A DNA stretch of 64,000 bases from Candidatus Bathyarchaeia archaeon (GTDB lineage: Archaea > Thermoproteota > Bathyarchaeia > 40CM-2-53-6): contig JBEKSC010000012.1 in NCBI GenBank assembly GCA_049517415.1, forward strand, positions 14,107 to 78,106. The letters are read 5' to 3'. Of the stretch, positions 18,979 to 28,779 are shown piece after piece (within the stretch, counting starts at the first letter, position 1; each line of letters begins with the position of its first letter). Below the pieces are notes generated by a model. The model was not told where the DNA came from and did not search any database. It worked only from the letters and a program-made list of their open reading frames with translations. The translations under genes and the position numbers were made by a program.

Positions 18979-19506
18979 TTGGAGTTCGTTGAAGTTCTAA
19001 CTCACAGGCGTTCAGTGCGCGCGTACAAACCTCAGCCAGTTGAGGAGAACAAACTGAAACAACTATTCGAGGCAGCGAACATGGCACCCTCGGCGGGGAA
19101 CCTGCAAGCGTACAATGTCCAAGTGGTTCGCGACCAAGCGAAGAAGGATGCTCTTGCGAAAGCGGCGCATGGCCAAGGTTTCATCGCCCAAGCACCCGTT
19201 TGCTTGGTGTTTAGCGCGGATCCTAAACGTTCAGCCACAAAATACGGGAAGAGAGGTACGGAACTTTACAGCGTGCAGGACGCAACAATCGCTGGAGCCT
19301 TCGCCATGCTTGCCGCCGTGAACCTCGGCTTAGCAACAGTCTGGGTGGGAGACTTTGACGAGAAGAAAGTGCAGCAAGTCCTAGGGCTAAAGTCGGCACA
19401 CCCCGTAGCAATGTTCTCATTAGGTTACGCGGCAGAACAACCCGAAGCCTCGCCCAGAAGGGCCATTGAAGAAATCTTTCAAGGAGACTTCCCACAGACC
19501 GACTAG
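18979..19506 (+). CDS. Nitroreductase family protein
   Basis: RRSVRAY, APSAGNLQ, LGLATVWVG. Confidence 0.92.
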   Translation: MEFVEVLTHRRSVRAYKPQPVEENKLKQLFEAANMAPSAGNLQAYNVQVVRDQAKKDALAKAAHGQGFIAQAPVCLVFSADPKRSATKYGKRGTELYSVQDATIAGAFAMLAAVNLGLATVWVGDFDEKKVQQVLGLKSAHPVAMFSLGYAAEQPEASPRRAIEEIFQGDFPQTD

Positions 19507-19646
19507 CTCACATTCGCACGAAACTCCATCAGCAACAGGCAGGCCTCGACATCTTGTCTCCCGCGGAGCAATTGGCACCACTGGAGCATCATCTCCGCAC
19601 AGAATTAATACGGAGACGTTGTAGTGCGCCTCGAGTGTGAAAGCGA

Positions 19647-20012
19647 ATGGCGTCCACGGACAAGTTGATGAAAGTTAGGTCACAGCAACTCATTCACCTC
19701 ACGACGAGGGGACGAAAGACGGGGGAGCCGCACACTGTAGAGTTATGGTTCGCAGCCAGTAATGGCATTGTCTTCCTTAGCCACGAGGGAAAGGAGACTG
19801 ACTGGATGAAGAACATCAAGCAGAACGGCGAGGTCTCTTTCGAGATTGGTGGAGCAAATTTCACGGGAAAAGGCCACTACATCACCGAAGACCCGGATGA
19901 AGCATGGCGGTGCAAAGTTGCTCTTTACGAAAAATACTACGGGAAGGCAGCGAAAGAAATCATCGACGATTGGTTCTCACTCTCCACGCTCATCGCAATT
20001 GAAATCGCGTAG
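19647..20012 (+). CDS. Deazaflavin (F420)-dependent split-barrel oxidoreductase family protein
   Basis: LTTRGRKTG.PH, DW.KNI. Confidence 0.8.
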   Translation: MASTDKLMKVRSQQLIHLTTRGRKTGEPHTVELWFAASNGIVFLSHEGKETDWMKNIKQNGEVSFEIGGANFTGKGHYITEDPDEAWRCKVALYEKYYGKAAKEIIDDWFSLSTLIAIEIA

Positions 20013-20103
20013 AATTGAGGACGATTAGGTCACAATCCTTGATATTGCAATTGTAGCCGCAGTCGTTCTGTCGCGGCGGCTATGAAACGTTCATTCAGAG
20101 GGC

Positions 20104-20577
20104 TTAAAGATTCAGCAGCGTAACTATCTGGGCTGCTATTGTGGCTCCTTCAAGCTCTAATTCCCGCAGTTTAAGTTTGCTCAGCTTCTCGGATGAGACG
20201 CGGAGAACCGACCGCATCAGATCTCGATCGGTAACAATACCAACTAGTTTGCTTCCTTCAATGATGGGAAGTTGACGAATTCTTTTTTCGAGCATCACGT
20301 TCACGGCGTCCTGAACGGCCATATCAGGAGTCCCCGTGATGAGCGGTTTTGACATGACTTGCTTTACTGGTTCAAGGAGGACTTGAGCTCCTTTCGAGAC
20401 TTGCTCGACTACGTCACCCTCGGTAATGATTCCGATAGCGGTTTCCCCATCAAGAACAACCACGCTACCGATATTGTTGTTGTCCATTACCGCGACTGCC
20501 GCGGTGAGCTTCTCGTCGGGCTTCACTGTTCGGACAGGCCTACTCATTATTTGGCCAATCTTATCTTCAGCCATCAA
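20104..20577 (-). CDS. CBS-domain pair protein
   Basis: IGSVVV...GIITEGD; LPI...LVGIVTDRD. Confidence 0.9.
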   Translation of the reverse strand: MMAEDKIGQIMSRPVRTVKPDEKLTAAVAVMDNNNIGSVVVLDGETAIGIITEGDVVEQVSKGAQVLLEPVKQVMSKPLITGTPDMAVQDAVNVMLEKRIRQLPIIEGSKLVGIVTDRDLMRSVLRVSSEKLSKLKLRELELEGATIAAQIVTLLNL

Positions 20578-21151
20578 TCATCAATCCAAAGTAAAGCGTC
20601 CATCTAACTCAAGCAGACGCAACTATTAAGATTCACAGCCCTGCTCACGATTCTGCTAAGCGCAATTGTCGGTCACAAACTAACTTCCGTGTTCGAGCGC
20701 GATTTTTCGAAGGTCCTCTTTGAACTCAGTCGCCCTTTTCGCCAGGGCCTTCTGAACAGCGCCTTCTTCGATCGGAAATATTCGTCCGCATTTCTCGCAG
20801 GAAACCTTCCCAACGCCTATGAGGTAGGATCTCTTGAACCCCAGCCATTGCAACCTTGCCCAGGAAAACTCCATCGTGAGGGAACTTTTAGTGCAATGGT
20901 GAGTGTTCGGGTTAGATATGGTACATGCACCCCGATCGAGTCCTGGTGTCTTGGCCTTTTGAGGGTTCCGAGCCGCCTAACATGTGGGCGCTGAGCATTA
21001 ACGACAATGAGAAGATTAGCGATCCTTGTCAACATTGATCAACGGTTAGGACTCTAATTCGCTAGTTCAAACCTACAGAATTGCATCCGGAAAAGTCAGC
21101 AAGAAAGCTGCTTAGCCTCGAGCCAGCAAGAAGTACAGTTAGCCAAACCAT

Positions 21152-21349
21152 CTGAGTCGGGATGTAGTTCTCTTACAACTTTTGCTTGAATTCTTGGCCG
21201 TGATGGTGCTAGTGGGCTTTCTTCTCTTGCTAGGGATGTTTCATCCATACCGGTTATATATTCCATCAGGAAAACGGCTGACTACACGCGGCAGTCGAGT
21301 ACTACGACGGCGCCTACGGAATAAGCATCTTGAGATCGATGCTCAATGA
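21152..21349 (+). CDS. Small membrane protein (not in ORF track)
   Basis: CTG/TTG start, hydrophobic helix LLLEFLAVMVLVGFLLLLG, basic tail; stop overlaps the next ATG (ATGA). Confidence 0.4.
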   Translation: MSRDVVLLQLLLEFLAVMVLVGFLLLLGMFHPYRLYIPSGKRLTTRGSRVLRRRLRNKHLEIDAQ

Positions 21350-22560
21350 AGAACGAGCTAGCCATATTCTTTGTAATATTGGCGGCGAGTTTTGTTGTCA
21401 CCCCAGTTGCCGGTCACCAAACGTGTCTTGGGAAGCAGACGGAGAGAAGAGGAATCTGCAATGTGCTAGGGCATCCGAATGCCGCTGGCGTCAACTCCGT
21501 ACTAGTCGGTGGTCAAAATGGCACATGGTTTGAGCCGGGGCAGTCGCCCAGGCTTTATGTGGTCAATCTTCAAAACAATTCCGCCGTCCACTTATCTCCT
21601 GTTCGAAGTCAGGGCACTGTTTGGGGTGGTGGCTTCAACGGGTCACAGTTCTTGATTTCAGGGTGGGGTACCGACGACGATTCTTATGGGCCGTATGTTT
21701 TCCTATATGATGGAGCGAAGGTTCTAGCTGAACGTTCGCTCGACTATTACGGCGAAGCATCAGAATGGAGCGGGGGAGACGTCTTCGCTGCAAGCTACAA
21801 TGGAAAGGAATGGTTGCTCTCAGGTTTAGGCTCAGGCCCACTGTCACCCAATGCTACTTACTCGGAAAATCATATGAGCTTAGGAACTTTCAACGGTACT
21901 GTTTTCACAGACTTATCCACTCTCGTTCCGCATCAGCACGATGCCATTCTGTACGCAAATGCTTGGAATGGCCTCTATTGGTTGATCGGAGGGGGCTACG
22001 TTGATAATGGTACAATATTCACTTTCGACGGAAGTAGAATTGTTGACCTCACCACGCAAGCCGAACTCGCTATCCCTAGCTTTGCCGCAGTTCAGTCCAT
22101 CGGATGGAATGGTGAATACTGGTTGATCGGTGGATTTGGCTTCCTCACTCAGTTTGATGGTCGCAACTTTGTGGACCTTACTCAACAACTCAAAGCCGCA
22201 GTGAGAACGGAAAATTACCTTTCAGTGAACGCTATTGCATGGAACGGCCAGTCATGGATGATCGGTGGAGGAACACCCGTGGCTCAAGTAACTCCAAGCC
22301 AAGCTTGGATTGCAACCTACAGCTCGGCCGGATTCGTTAATCTCTCGTCTGCACTCCCATCATACATCTCCAACGGTACACAAACCTCGAGCATCCTGAC
22401 AATCACCGCCGCGAACGGATTTTGGACAATTGGTGGTTATTCAGGCGATAAGGGCACACTATTCGTATACAGCAACGCATACTTCACAGATTACTCCAGC
22501 CTCGTGAGCGATATGACCTACGTTAACTGGGCGTCGAACCTACAAGACCTCGCATTCTAG
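21346..22560 (+). CDS. Secreted beta-propeller-like repeat protein
   Basis: Signal peptide; repeated WNG.YWLIGG / FDG..F.DLT units. Confidence 0.8.
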   Translation: MKNELAIFFVILAASFVVTPVAGHQTCLGKQTERRGICNVLGHPNAAGVNSVLVGGQNGTWFEPGQSPRLYVVNLQNNSAVHLSPVRSQGTVWGGGFNGSQFLISGWGTDDDSYGPYVFLYDGAKVLAERSLDYYGEASEWSGGDVFAASYNGKEWLLSGLGSGPLSPNATYSENHMSLGTFNGTVFTDLSTLVPHQHDAILYANAWNGLYWLIGGGYVDNGTIFTFDGSRIVDLTTQAELAIPSFAAVQSIGWNGEYWLIGGFGFLTQFDGRNFVDLTQQLKAAVRTENYLSVNAIAWNGQSWMIGGGTPVAQVTPSQAWIATYSSAGFVNLSSALPSYISNGTQTSSILTITAANGFWTIGGYSGDKGTLFVYSNAYFTDYSSLVSDMTYVNWASNLQDLAF

Positions 22561-22776
22561 CCCCAGCTCGGAGTACGCCCACAATTTGTGCGGAAGGTTT
22601 GCCTCCACCCTAGAGCGCACTGCTAGTCCTCTTAGTAAGATGGTATGGTCTGTTAGATGTAATCAAGCACAGATCGACGAGTTGGTTTTCATGGCGATGT
22701 TGCTGCACTAAATTGTCTGGGAGTTAAGACGCATACTTCACATCCCTGAATCGACATTCTTCCTTGCGATACTCTG

Positions 22777-23760
22777 TTAGGGCAGTTTGGCTCCGCAGTT
22801 TTGGCAGAAGGTTGCGCTTGCGGCGGCTACGCTGTTGCACTTGGGGCATTTCTTTCCTGGAGCGACGGTAGGTTGGGTTTCGGAACTGATGCTTGTACCG
22901 CAGTTGGGACAGAACTTCGACGTTGAGGGTATGTGTGCTTGGCAATTGGGGCAAACGACTAGTGCAATGGCGGGAGCTGTTCCGCCTGACGTTTGGAATA
23001 GCGGCGGCATGAGGACCATGCCGGCCCCGAAGGCTGCACCCCCGCCCGTAGATTTACCTAAAGACGCCGCAGCGTCCTTCACAGTTTCCATTCTAATGAC
23101 CTCGTCGGGTGACACACGGCCTGTTTTCAACCAGAACAACCTGTCCCGGAATTCGGGCGTAGTGTCGATTCCTTCAAACTTGAGGTCGATCATCTGAACC
23201 CCTATTCGTTTGAAGTAGTCAACAAGGTTGGCTTTGACCTCATTCGACGTAACATCAAGTTTAGTGAATACGGTTTGCAAATCGTACTTGGAGAGGACGT
23301 CAATCATTTTTTCGTTGACGAATCCGCGCAGGAAATTGTTGACATCCGCTGTAGCATACGCATTCTGTCCACCCACAACCTCGTTCACGAAAAGGGATGC
23401 GTCTTCTATCCTGAACCAGAAGGAACCGAAAGTCATGAGCGGGGCTAGTTCGGTTGTTTGGGCTCTGTTGCCGAATTTTCCTGCGAACTGCTTGTTGGAG
23501 ACGAAGATAACGTTCGCTTTGAAGGGGGTCTGTTGGAATCCAGCGATCCTGGACAAAAGTTTCGTGATGAGAGGCAGGTTGAGTGTTGTTAGCGTGTGCC
23601 TTCCTGGGCCGAGGGTGTCGTAGCTTTTGCCGTCGCGGAAGAAGACTGCGTACTCGTACTCGTGAACGACCAGTTGCGCCCCCCACATAATGTTCTCGTC
23701 TGGGTAACGGTAGACAACATCGTCAGGACCCGCGTTCACCCATTCTAGAACTTGAGGCAT
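22777..23760 (-). CDS. SPFH (band 7, YdjI-like) protein with C-terminal double zinc ribbon
   Basis: QLVVHEYE.AVFFRDGK, GPGRHTL.T.NLP; four CxxC pairs. Confidence 0.9.
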   Translation of the reverse strand: MPQVLEWVNAGPDDVVYRYPDENIMWGAQLVVHEYEYAVFFRDGKSYDTLGPGRHTLTTLNLPLITKLLSRIAGFQQTPFKANVIFVSNKQFAGKFGNRAQTTELAPLMTFGSFWFRIEDASLFVNEVVGGQNAYATADVNNFLRGFVNEKMIDVLSKYDLQTVFTKLDVTSNEVKANLVDYFKRIGVQMIDLKFEGIDTTPEFRDRLFWLKTGRVSPDEVIRMETVKDAAASLGKSTGGGAAFGAGMVLMPPLFQTSGGTAPAIALVVCPNCQAHIPSTSKFCPNCGTSISSETQPTVAPGKKCPKCNSVAAASATFCQNCGAKLP

Positions 23761-24296
23761 TAGACGGTCACCCCTTCGATTGTCTGCTTACGCTTATCAA
23801 ATGTGGCTTCAAGCTGTAGGATTGAAGTGTCCAGACCACTTTCCACGTTCCGAGTATCTTCGAATTTTCCCTGGCTAAGCTGCATTTTGAAGTTTGAAAT
23901 TGAATCAGCCAATTTTCTCACAGACTCCATCATTTGCGTGTCGTAGGCCACCATTTGATCTAGCTGAGGGGCTTCGACACGTACGGAGTCGAAGAACCCG
24001 CTGTACCCGTATGAGGCGCGGTTTACCTTCTCCGCAACTCGGTCCAACTTTGCGATGAGCTGGTTTGTGGGTTCCATTAACTCCGGCGTCCCAGCGTTAC
24101 TGAGCAACTGGAAGCAGCCCATGAGGTCGTCTCGGGCGCCTTTGAGGGCACGGTAGACGTAGTCCCTTACGATTCTGTCCGCCTCTCTTCTTTCCTCCCT
24201 AACCTTGTATCCGCGGAAGCCAGGGACCTGCAGCATTATACGTTCTAGTAGCCTGTCGCTTTCCTGTACTCGTTCAAGGGGTGTTTTTGCGGTCAT
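23760..24296 (-). CDS. Conserved helical hypothetical protein
   Basis: VPGFRGY...E.RREAD, YGYSGFFD; translationally coupled to the SPFH gene. Confidence 0.8.
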   Translation of the reverse strand: MTAKTPLERVQESDRLLERIMLQVPGFRGYKVREERREADRIVRDYVYRALKGARDDLMGCFQLLSNAGTPELMEPTNQLIAKLDRVAEKVNRASYGYSGFFDSVRVEAPQLDQMVAYDTQMMESVRKLADSISNFKMQLSQGKFEDTRNVESGLDTSILQLEATFDKRKQTIEGVTV

Positions 24297-24356
24297 GGAA
24301 ATTCTCCTCAATTCACGTCTGGCTTGGCTTTTAAGGATTCATCGTTTTTAATCGAG

Positions 24357-25110
24357 TTAGAGCATTTTGAAGTCTGTGCTCGGCAAGTCTCCCTTGATTA
24401 CTTCCGACGAGGAACCGTCAAGCAGGACTTGGTATCGGGAATTCTTGTAGACGTAGGTTACGAACCATATTGGAGCGTGTAGGTAGAAGCTGCTTGTGAC
24501 GTTGAATTCGGTCTTGATGTCCTCTATGCGGTCGATTTTTTGCTTCGCAAGATACTCATGGAGCTGTTCGATTTCGTCCCGTGCTTGCGTACTAGCTTCC
24601 TCAGAGTCCATCTCACTGTTCAGGATCTTTGCGCCCCCTTCTATTCTGGCGGCATCGAATGGGATCTTCCCGGCTAGGGATAGATGGTAGGAACGAATTG
24701 GAAAGCTGCTTTGCTTTCTGGCCAGGACCAACCAGTCGTAATGGTTAGAGATGTCGCCTTCTTGCTGCGCGGGCGGTGCGATTCGTTCTATTATACCTTT
24801 ATAGTGTGTTTGGGCCTCGGCGCTGACGACCCAAATTGGGAGGTATGTCAGATCCTGTTCTGCGAGGGCGGATTTCTTGTGTAGATCCTTTGAGGCGATG
24901 AAGCTATTGGCCATCCAGCTTTGAACCAGTTTGAAAACCTGGCGCTTGAATCGAGTTGAGTATAAGAGAGTGCTCGAACTCGAAGGCCTTGCCAGTCTCA
25001 ATGAAGCTTGTGAACCCGCAATACTTGCAGGTTACAATAATCTCTCCAGGCTGGACCTGTAGAGGCGCAGCACAGTGCGGGCAGGCTACTTCCTTTGTGA
25101 TCGCAACCAA
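24357..25110 (-). pseudogene. YdjG-like zinc-ribbon protein, frameshifted near 24942
   Basis: CPHC/CKYC N-terminus and YLPIW...APIW..TY.YK...Y...LDG...G.LP C-terminus lie in different frames. Confidence 0.75.
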
Positions 25111-25195
25111 GCCTAATCCTTCTGTGATTTGTGGAAGCTAATGTTTAATGGTCTCTATTTCTCCTCGCAGGCGGAAACTCGAGGCCTGACAGACA

Positions 25196-26260
25196 TTGGC
25201 GAACTTAGGACAACTCAAAGGGACCATGTATTCGACCGTAATCATTACGCTCTTCATATTTGTCGTCTTTATCGCCGTAGTCTCAGTCTTCATTAGCGCT
25301 GCGGTGGACGTGGATATCTCACCTGTCGGAATACTTTCGGGAGCTCTTGTTCTGGCTTTGATTTTCATGTTAATCCAATTCGCTATTAGCCCGTATATTG
25401 TTCGATTGACGACTCGGTTGCGATATTTGGGGCCTGGTGAGAATGTTTGGTTGGAGCAGACTGTGGGTAAGCTGGCTCAGGAGGCGGGCGTGAAGCAGCC
25501 GCGCTTGGCAATTGTTCCCGACCAGACGCCCAACGCTTTCGTCTTCGGCAACTCATCCTCGAATATGACTCTAGCCGTGAACCAAGGCCTGCTATCTCAG
25601 CTTAGCGAGGATGAAATTCGAGGAGTACTTGCGCATGAGTTGGGCCACGTCCGGCATAGAGATTCGATCGTGATGACGTTCATGTCTGCGATTCCGTTGA
25701 TCGCGTACGTGGTCGTTCGGGCGGCGTTTGGCTTCCAAGTATACGGCGGAGGCGGCCGTAGGGGTCAACGTGAAAATGGGGCTGTATACATTCTCGTAGC
25801 TGGGGCGGTCGCGTTAGTGGTCTATTTTATCTCACAACTCTTAGTACTTCGCCTCAGCAGGCTTAGGGAGAGTTTCGCCGACGTCTTCTCGGCGTACCTG
25901 ACGGAGTCGCCTAGGAGCCTGGAGAGTGCACTGACGAGGATAACTTACGGCCTGTCGCTGGCTCCACAGGATGCCCATGGCGCGAGAGCCCTATACATCT
26001 CCGACCCTGTGCTGGCGAAGCAGGAGATTTCTGGAATTCTGCAACAAAAGAGTAAGTACGATTTAGATCACGACGGCGTGCTTGATGAGCATGAACTTGA
26101 ATTAGCGATGGAGGCAGAGGCAAAGTCCCATTGGCGTTCCATCAACGAAGCCTTCGCCACCCACCCGCCAACATTCAAAAGAATACTCCTGCTGAGACAG
26201 ATCGAGCAAGAAATCCAAAGCAGAGGTACAGGGACCCCGAACATATACTCACGAATCTAG
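25196..26260 (+). CDS. htpX: HtpX M48 zinc metalloprotease
   Basis: PNAF, HELGH, SRLRE..AD, F.THPP..KRI. Confidence 0.93.
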   Translation: MANLGQLKGTMYSTVIITLFIFVVFIAVVSVFISAAVDVDISPVGILSGALVLALIFMLIQFAISPYIVRLTTRLRYLGPGENVWLEQTVGKLAQEAGVKQPRLAIVPDQTPNAFVFGNSSSNMTLAVNQGLLSQLSEDEIRGVLAHELGHVRHRDSIVMTFMSAIPLIAYVVVRAAFGFQVYGGGGRRGQRENGAVYILVAGAVALVVYFISQLLVLRLSRLRESFADVFSAYLTESPRSLESALTRITYGLSLAPQDAHGARALYISDPVLAKQEISGILQQKSKYDLDHDGVLDEHELELAMEAEAKSHWRSINEAFATHPPTFKRILLLRQIEQEIQSRGTGTPNIYSRI

Positions 26261-26429
26261 ACCTCACGTCTAGGAACTTGTCGCGGTACCACCGGTCGCC
26301 AAGGGCATCCGCTAAGTCCGGCTCATTGGACAATAACATCTGCCAATACTCATCTTCGATAGAAGCCGAGAGTTTCCGAAGCAGTTTGAGCCATCGGAGC
26401 CTACCTCACCATCATCTAGTGCCAGGTTC

Positions 26430-26921
26430 CTACGTTCTAGGGTTATTCCAGAACCATTGCATCTGAGGCGGTTCAACATTGTCCTGCCACATTAACGCGA
26501 TTAATTCTCCCATATGATACATTTGCTCGGAGAAGGATTGGATGAGGCATTCTTCAACCGTGAGGTCGAAGGTTGCTCCAGACGAGAGCGTGAAGTTCAC
26601 CTTCCGCTTCAAAGCTTTCTCATCCAAACCCGCGAGCCAAGGCCGAGTTCTCCCTTCAACCTCTTCCAAATGCACGAGCACCATCCCCATGCTCGTATAT
26701 TCAGCCCACTTCCTCCGCACGTACTCTCCACTCCGCCCCGGGATAACCCAATTAACGATCCAATCCTCATTGTCAACCATATGGAGCAGAATATTCTTCA
26801 TGCTGTAGAAGCTCGCCTCCCTATTCCTCTCAACCTCTGCCCACGGTAACTCCGCAAGCTTGTCCGCAAACCTTCGCCGGACACGGGACGCATATGCGTA
26901 GAGCTCAGAAATCTCAAACAT
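26430..26921 (-). CDS. DinB-family protein
   Basis: SMKNILLH...E.W, YHMGEL. Confidence 0.8.
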   Translation of the reverse strand: MFEISELYAYASRVRRRFADKLAELPWAEVERNREASFYSMKNILLHMVDNEDWIVNWVIPGRSGEYVRRKWAEYTSMGMVLVHLEEVEGRTRPWLAGLDEKALKRKVNFTLSSGATFDLTVEECLIQSFSEQMYHMGELIALMWQDNVEPPQMQWFWNNPRT

Positions 26922-27058
26922 TACCGATCCGCTAATGACATGGGGACGTCATGATTTATCTCTGTCCCAAGGATTTTCGGGTTCAGCTTAAAGCAAGGAA
27001 AGGCACCCGCAGCAATCTAACCTCAACAATATCTATGCCCACGTTTTGAGAAGAAACT

Positions 27059-27844
27059 ATGTTGATGAACGCGGGGGCGATTCTTGGGCTGAAACTGGTT
27101 ACTGTGCCGATTTTCATTTTTGCGGTTAGTATCGTGGCTCGCCGATGGGGCGCGTCCGTTGGTGGGTTGATAATTGGCCTTCCGTTGACCTCCGGCCCAG
27201 TCCTGTTCTTCTTGACGTTGGAGCAGGGAAGTAACTTTGCGTCGGGAGCAGCTCAGGGAACGTTGATGGCGTTGATCTCACTGGCAAGCTCCTGCCTGGC
27301 GTACAGCTTACTTTCCTTTAGGTTCAGTTGGCGAATTAGTTTCGTTGGATGCTGCACGGCCTATCTGATTGCGTCGTCGATCTTGTATTTTGTATCAGCT
27401 CCACTCGTTTTGTCCTTGGTTGGTGTTCTAGCATTTCTGGGAGTCATCTGGAGGGTTATGCCCCCAGGCTCAGTTGGAGGGAGTTCTCGTAAGCCTCCAG
27501 CATGGGAGATCCCAACTCGAATGGTTTCAGCGACCGCTATGGTCCTTCTCATCACCGAGAGTGCTACATTCCTAGGGCCTCACTTCAGCGGACTCCTCAC
27601 GCCGTTCCCCGTTTACGCAACCATATTGGCTGTGTTCATTCACAAATTCGACGGCCCAGGGGCCAGTGCGCAGTTTCTCCGCGGCGTGACCGTCGGGTGT
27701 TCCACATCCGCCGTTTTCTTTTTCCTAATTGCATCGTTCATAGTAACAATGGGCATATTCCAAACATTTGCTTTAGGGGTAGTTGTAGCGTTGACTCTGC
27801 AAGGCCTGCTGCTCTACTCGTTGCGAAGGGGTAGGGCATCATAA
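27059..27844 (+). CDS. Multi-pass membrane protein
   Basis: RRWG..VGG...GLPLTSGP with internally repeated GP..SGLLTPFP. Confidence 0.8.
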   Translation: MLMNAGAILGLKLVTVPIFIFAVSIVARRWGASVGGLIIGLPLTSGPVLFFLTLEQGSNFASGAAQGTLMALISLASSCLAYSLLSFRFSWRISFVGCCTAYLIASSILYFVSAPLVLSLVGVLAFLGVIWRVMPPGSVGGSSRKPPAWEIPTRMVSATAMVLLITESATFLGPHFSGLLTPFPVYATILAVFIHKFDGPGASAQFLRGVTVGCSTSAVFFFLIASFIVTMGIFQTFALGVVVALTLQGLLLYSLRRGRAS

Positions 27845-27892
27845 CAATCAATAGGCTAACTCTGGGCAACCAATACTGGCGCCATTGCGAAC

Positions 27893-27965
27893 GTAACGAG
27901 CTTACCTTAGGCCTAGTTGCAGTTAATATACTTACTTATCTCTACTAGCTTACTAAAGTAAAGCG
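27893..27965 (+). promoter_or_regulatory. Promoter/operator copy B (upstream of the CDGSH micro-protein)
   Basis: 50 of 73 bases identical, ungapped, to 13105-13177. Confidence 0.65.
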
Positions 27966-27979
27966 TGGTTAGATAATCG

Positions 27980-28156
27980 ATGTCCAAAGTAGAAATAAAA
28001 CCTGCGGAAAATGGCCCAAACGTCATTTTCATAGATGGCAAGCCGTTCACTGCTATGTGCAGGTGCGGAACTTCGAACAACAAACCGTACTGTGATGGGA
28101 CGCATGTGAAGGTAGGGTTCCACGCGGGCCCTACAGAACTCAAGGTCTTGAATTAA
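27980..28156 (+). CDS. 58-aa CDGSH [2Fe-2S] protein (not in ORF track)
   Basis: MSKVEIKPAENGPNVIFIDGKPFTAMCRCGTSNNKPYCDGTHVKVGF... Confidence 0.92.
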   Translation: MSKVEIKPAENGPNVIFIDGKPFTAMCRCGTSNNKPYCDGTHVKVGFHAGPTELKVLN

Positions 28157-28173
28157 ACTGAAGGTGGGAGCCG

Positions 28174-28779
28174 TTGCAACCCGAAAAACCGATTAGGATA
28201 CTCGGTATCGCTGGAAGCCTCAGAAAGAACTCATTCAACAAGCAATTACTGCAAGCCGCAACCAAACTCCTTCCAAAGGCTGCCCAACTAGAACTCTTCG
28301 GCATAGATGACATCCCTCTCTACAATCAGGATGTAGAAGTTTCTGGTATTCCTGAAGCAGTCAAGCGATTCAAGGAGAGAATTGAGAGCGCTGACGCAAT
28401 CCTAATCGCCACTCCGGAATACAATCATTCCTACCCCGGCATCCTGAAGAACGCAATTGATTGGGGGTCTAGGCCTTACGGCCAGAACTCATTCAACGGC
28501 AAACCGGTAGCGGTCATAAGCGCTTCACCCGGGACATTTGGCGGCGTGGGTGCACAGGACCAACTCAAACAAGTCCTCCTGGCACTGAACATGCACCTGG
28601 TAAGTCAGCCAGCCGTCATTGTGACATCAGCCCACGACAAGATAGATTCGGACGGCAACTTAACAGACCCCATTACAACACAATTCTTCACACAACTACT
28701 TGCAAACCTAGTTGAATTTACAAGAAAATTCTACCAACCCGTTAAGCCCCTTCTGGCGCCAACTATTTCCAAACGTTGA
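28174..28779 (+). CDS. NADPH-dependent FMN reductase
   Basis: GSLRKNSFN, TPEYNHS.PG.LKNAIDW.SRP. Confidence 0.93.
   Translation: MQPEKPIRILGIAGSLRKNSFNKQLLQAATKLLPKAAQLELFGIDDIPLYNQDVEVSGIPEAVKRFKERIESADAILIATPEYNHSYPGILKNAIDWGSRPYGQNSFNGKPVAVISASPGTFGGVGAQDQLKQVLLALNMHLVSQPAVIVTSAHDKIDSDGNLTDPITTQFFTQLLANLVEFTRKFYQPVKPLLAPTISKR

Noticed and set aside
18863..19087. N-terminal extension of the GalT ORF in the track
   Set aside because: Overlaps the divergent nitroreductase gene and is not GalT-like.
20680..21035. Short minus-strand ORFs with one CEKC
   Set aside because: No coherent domain or start; cannot tell a gene from a remnant.
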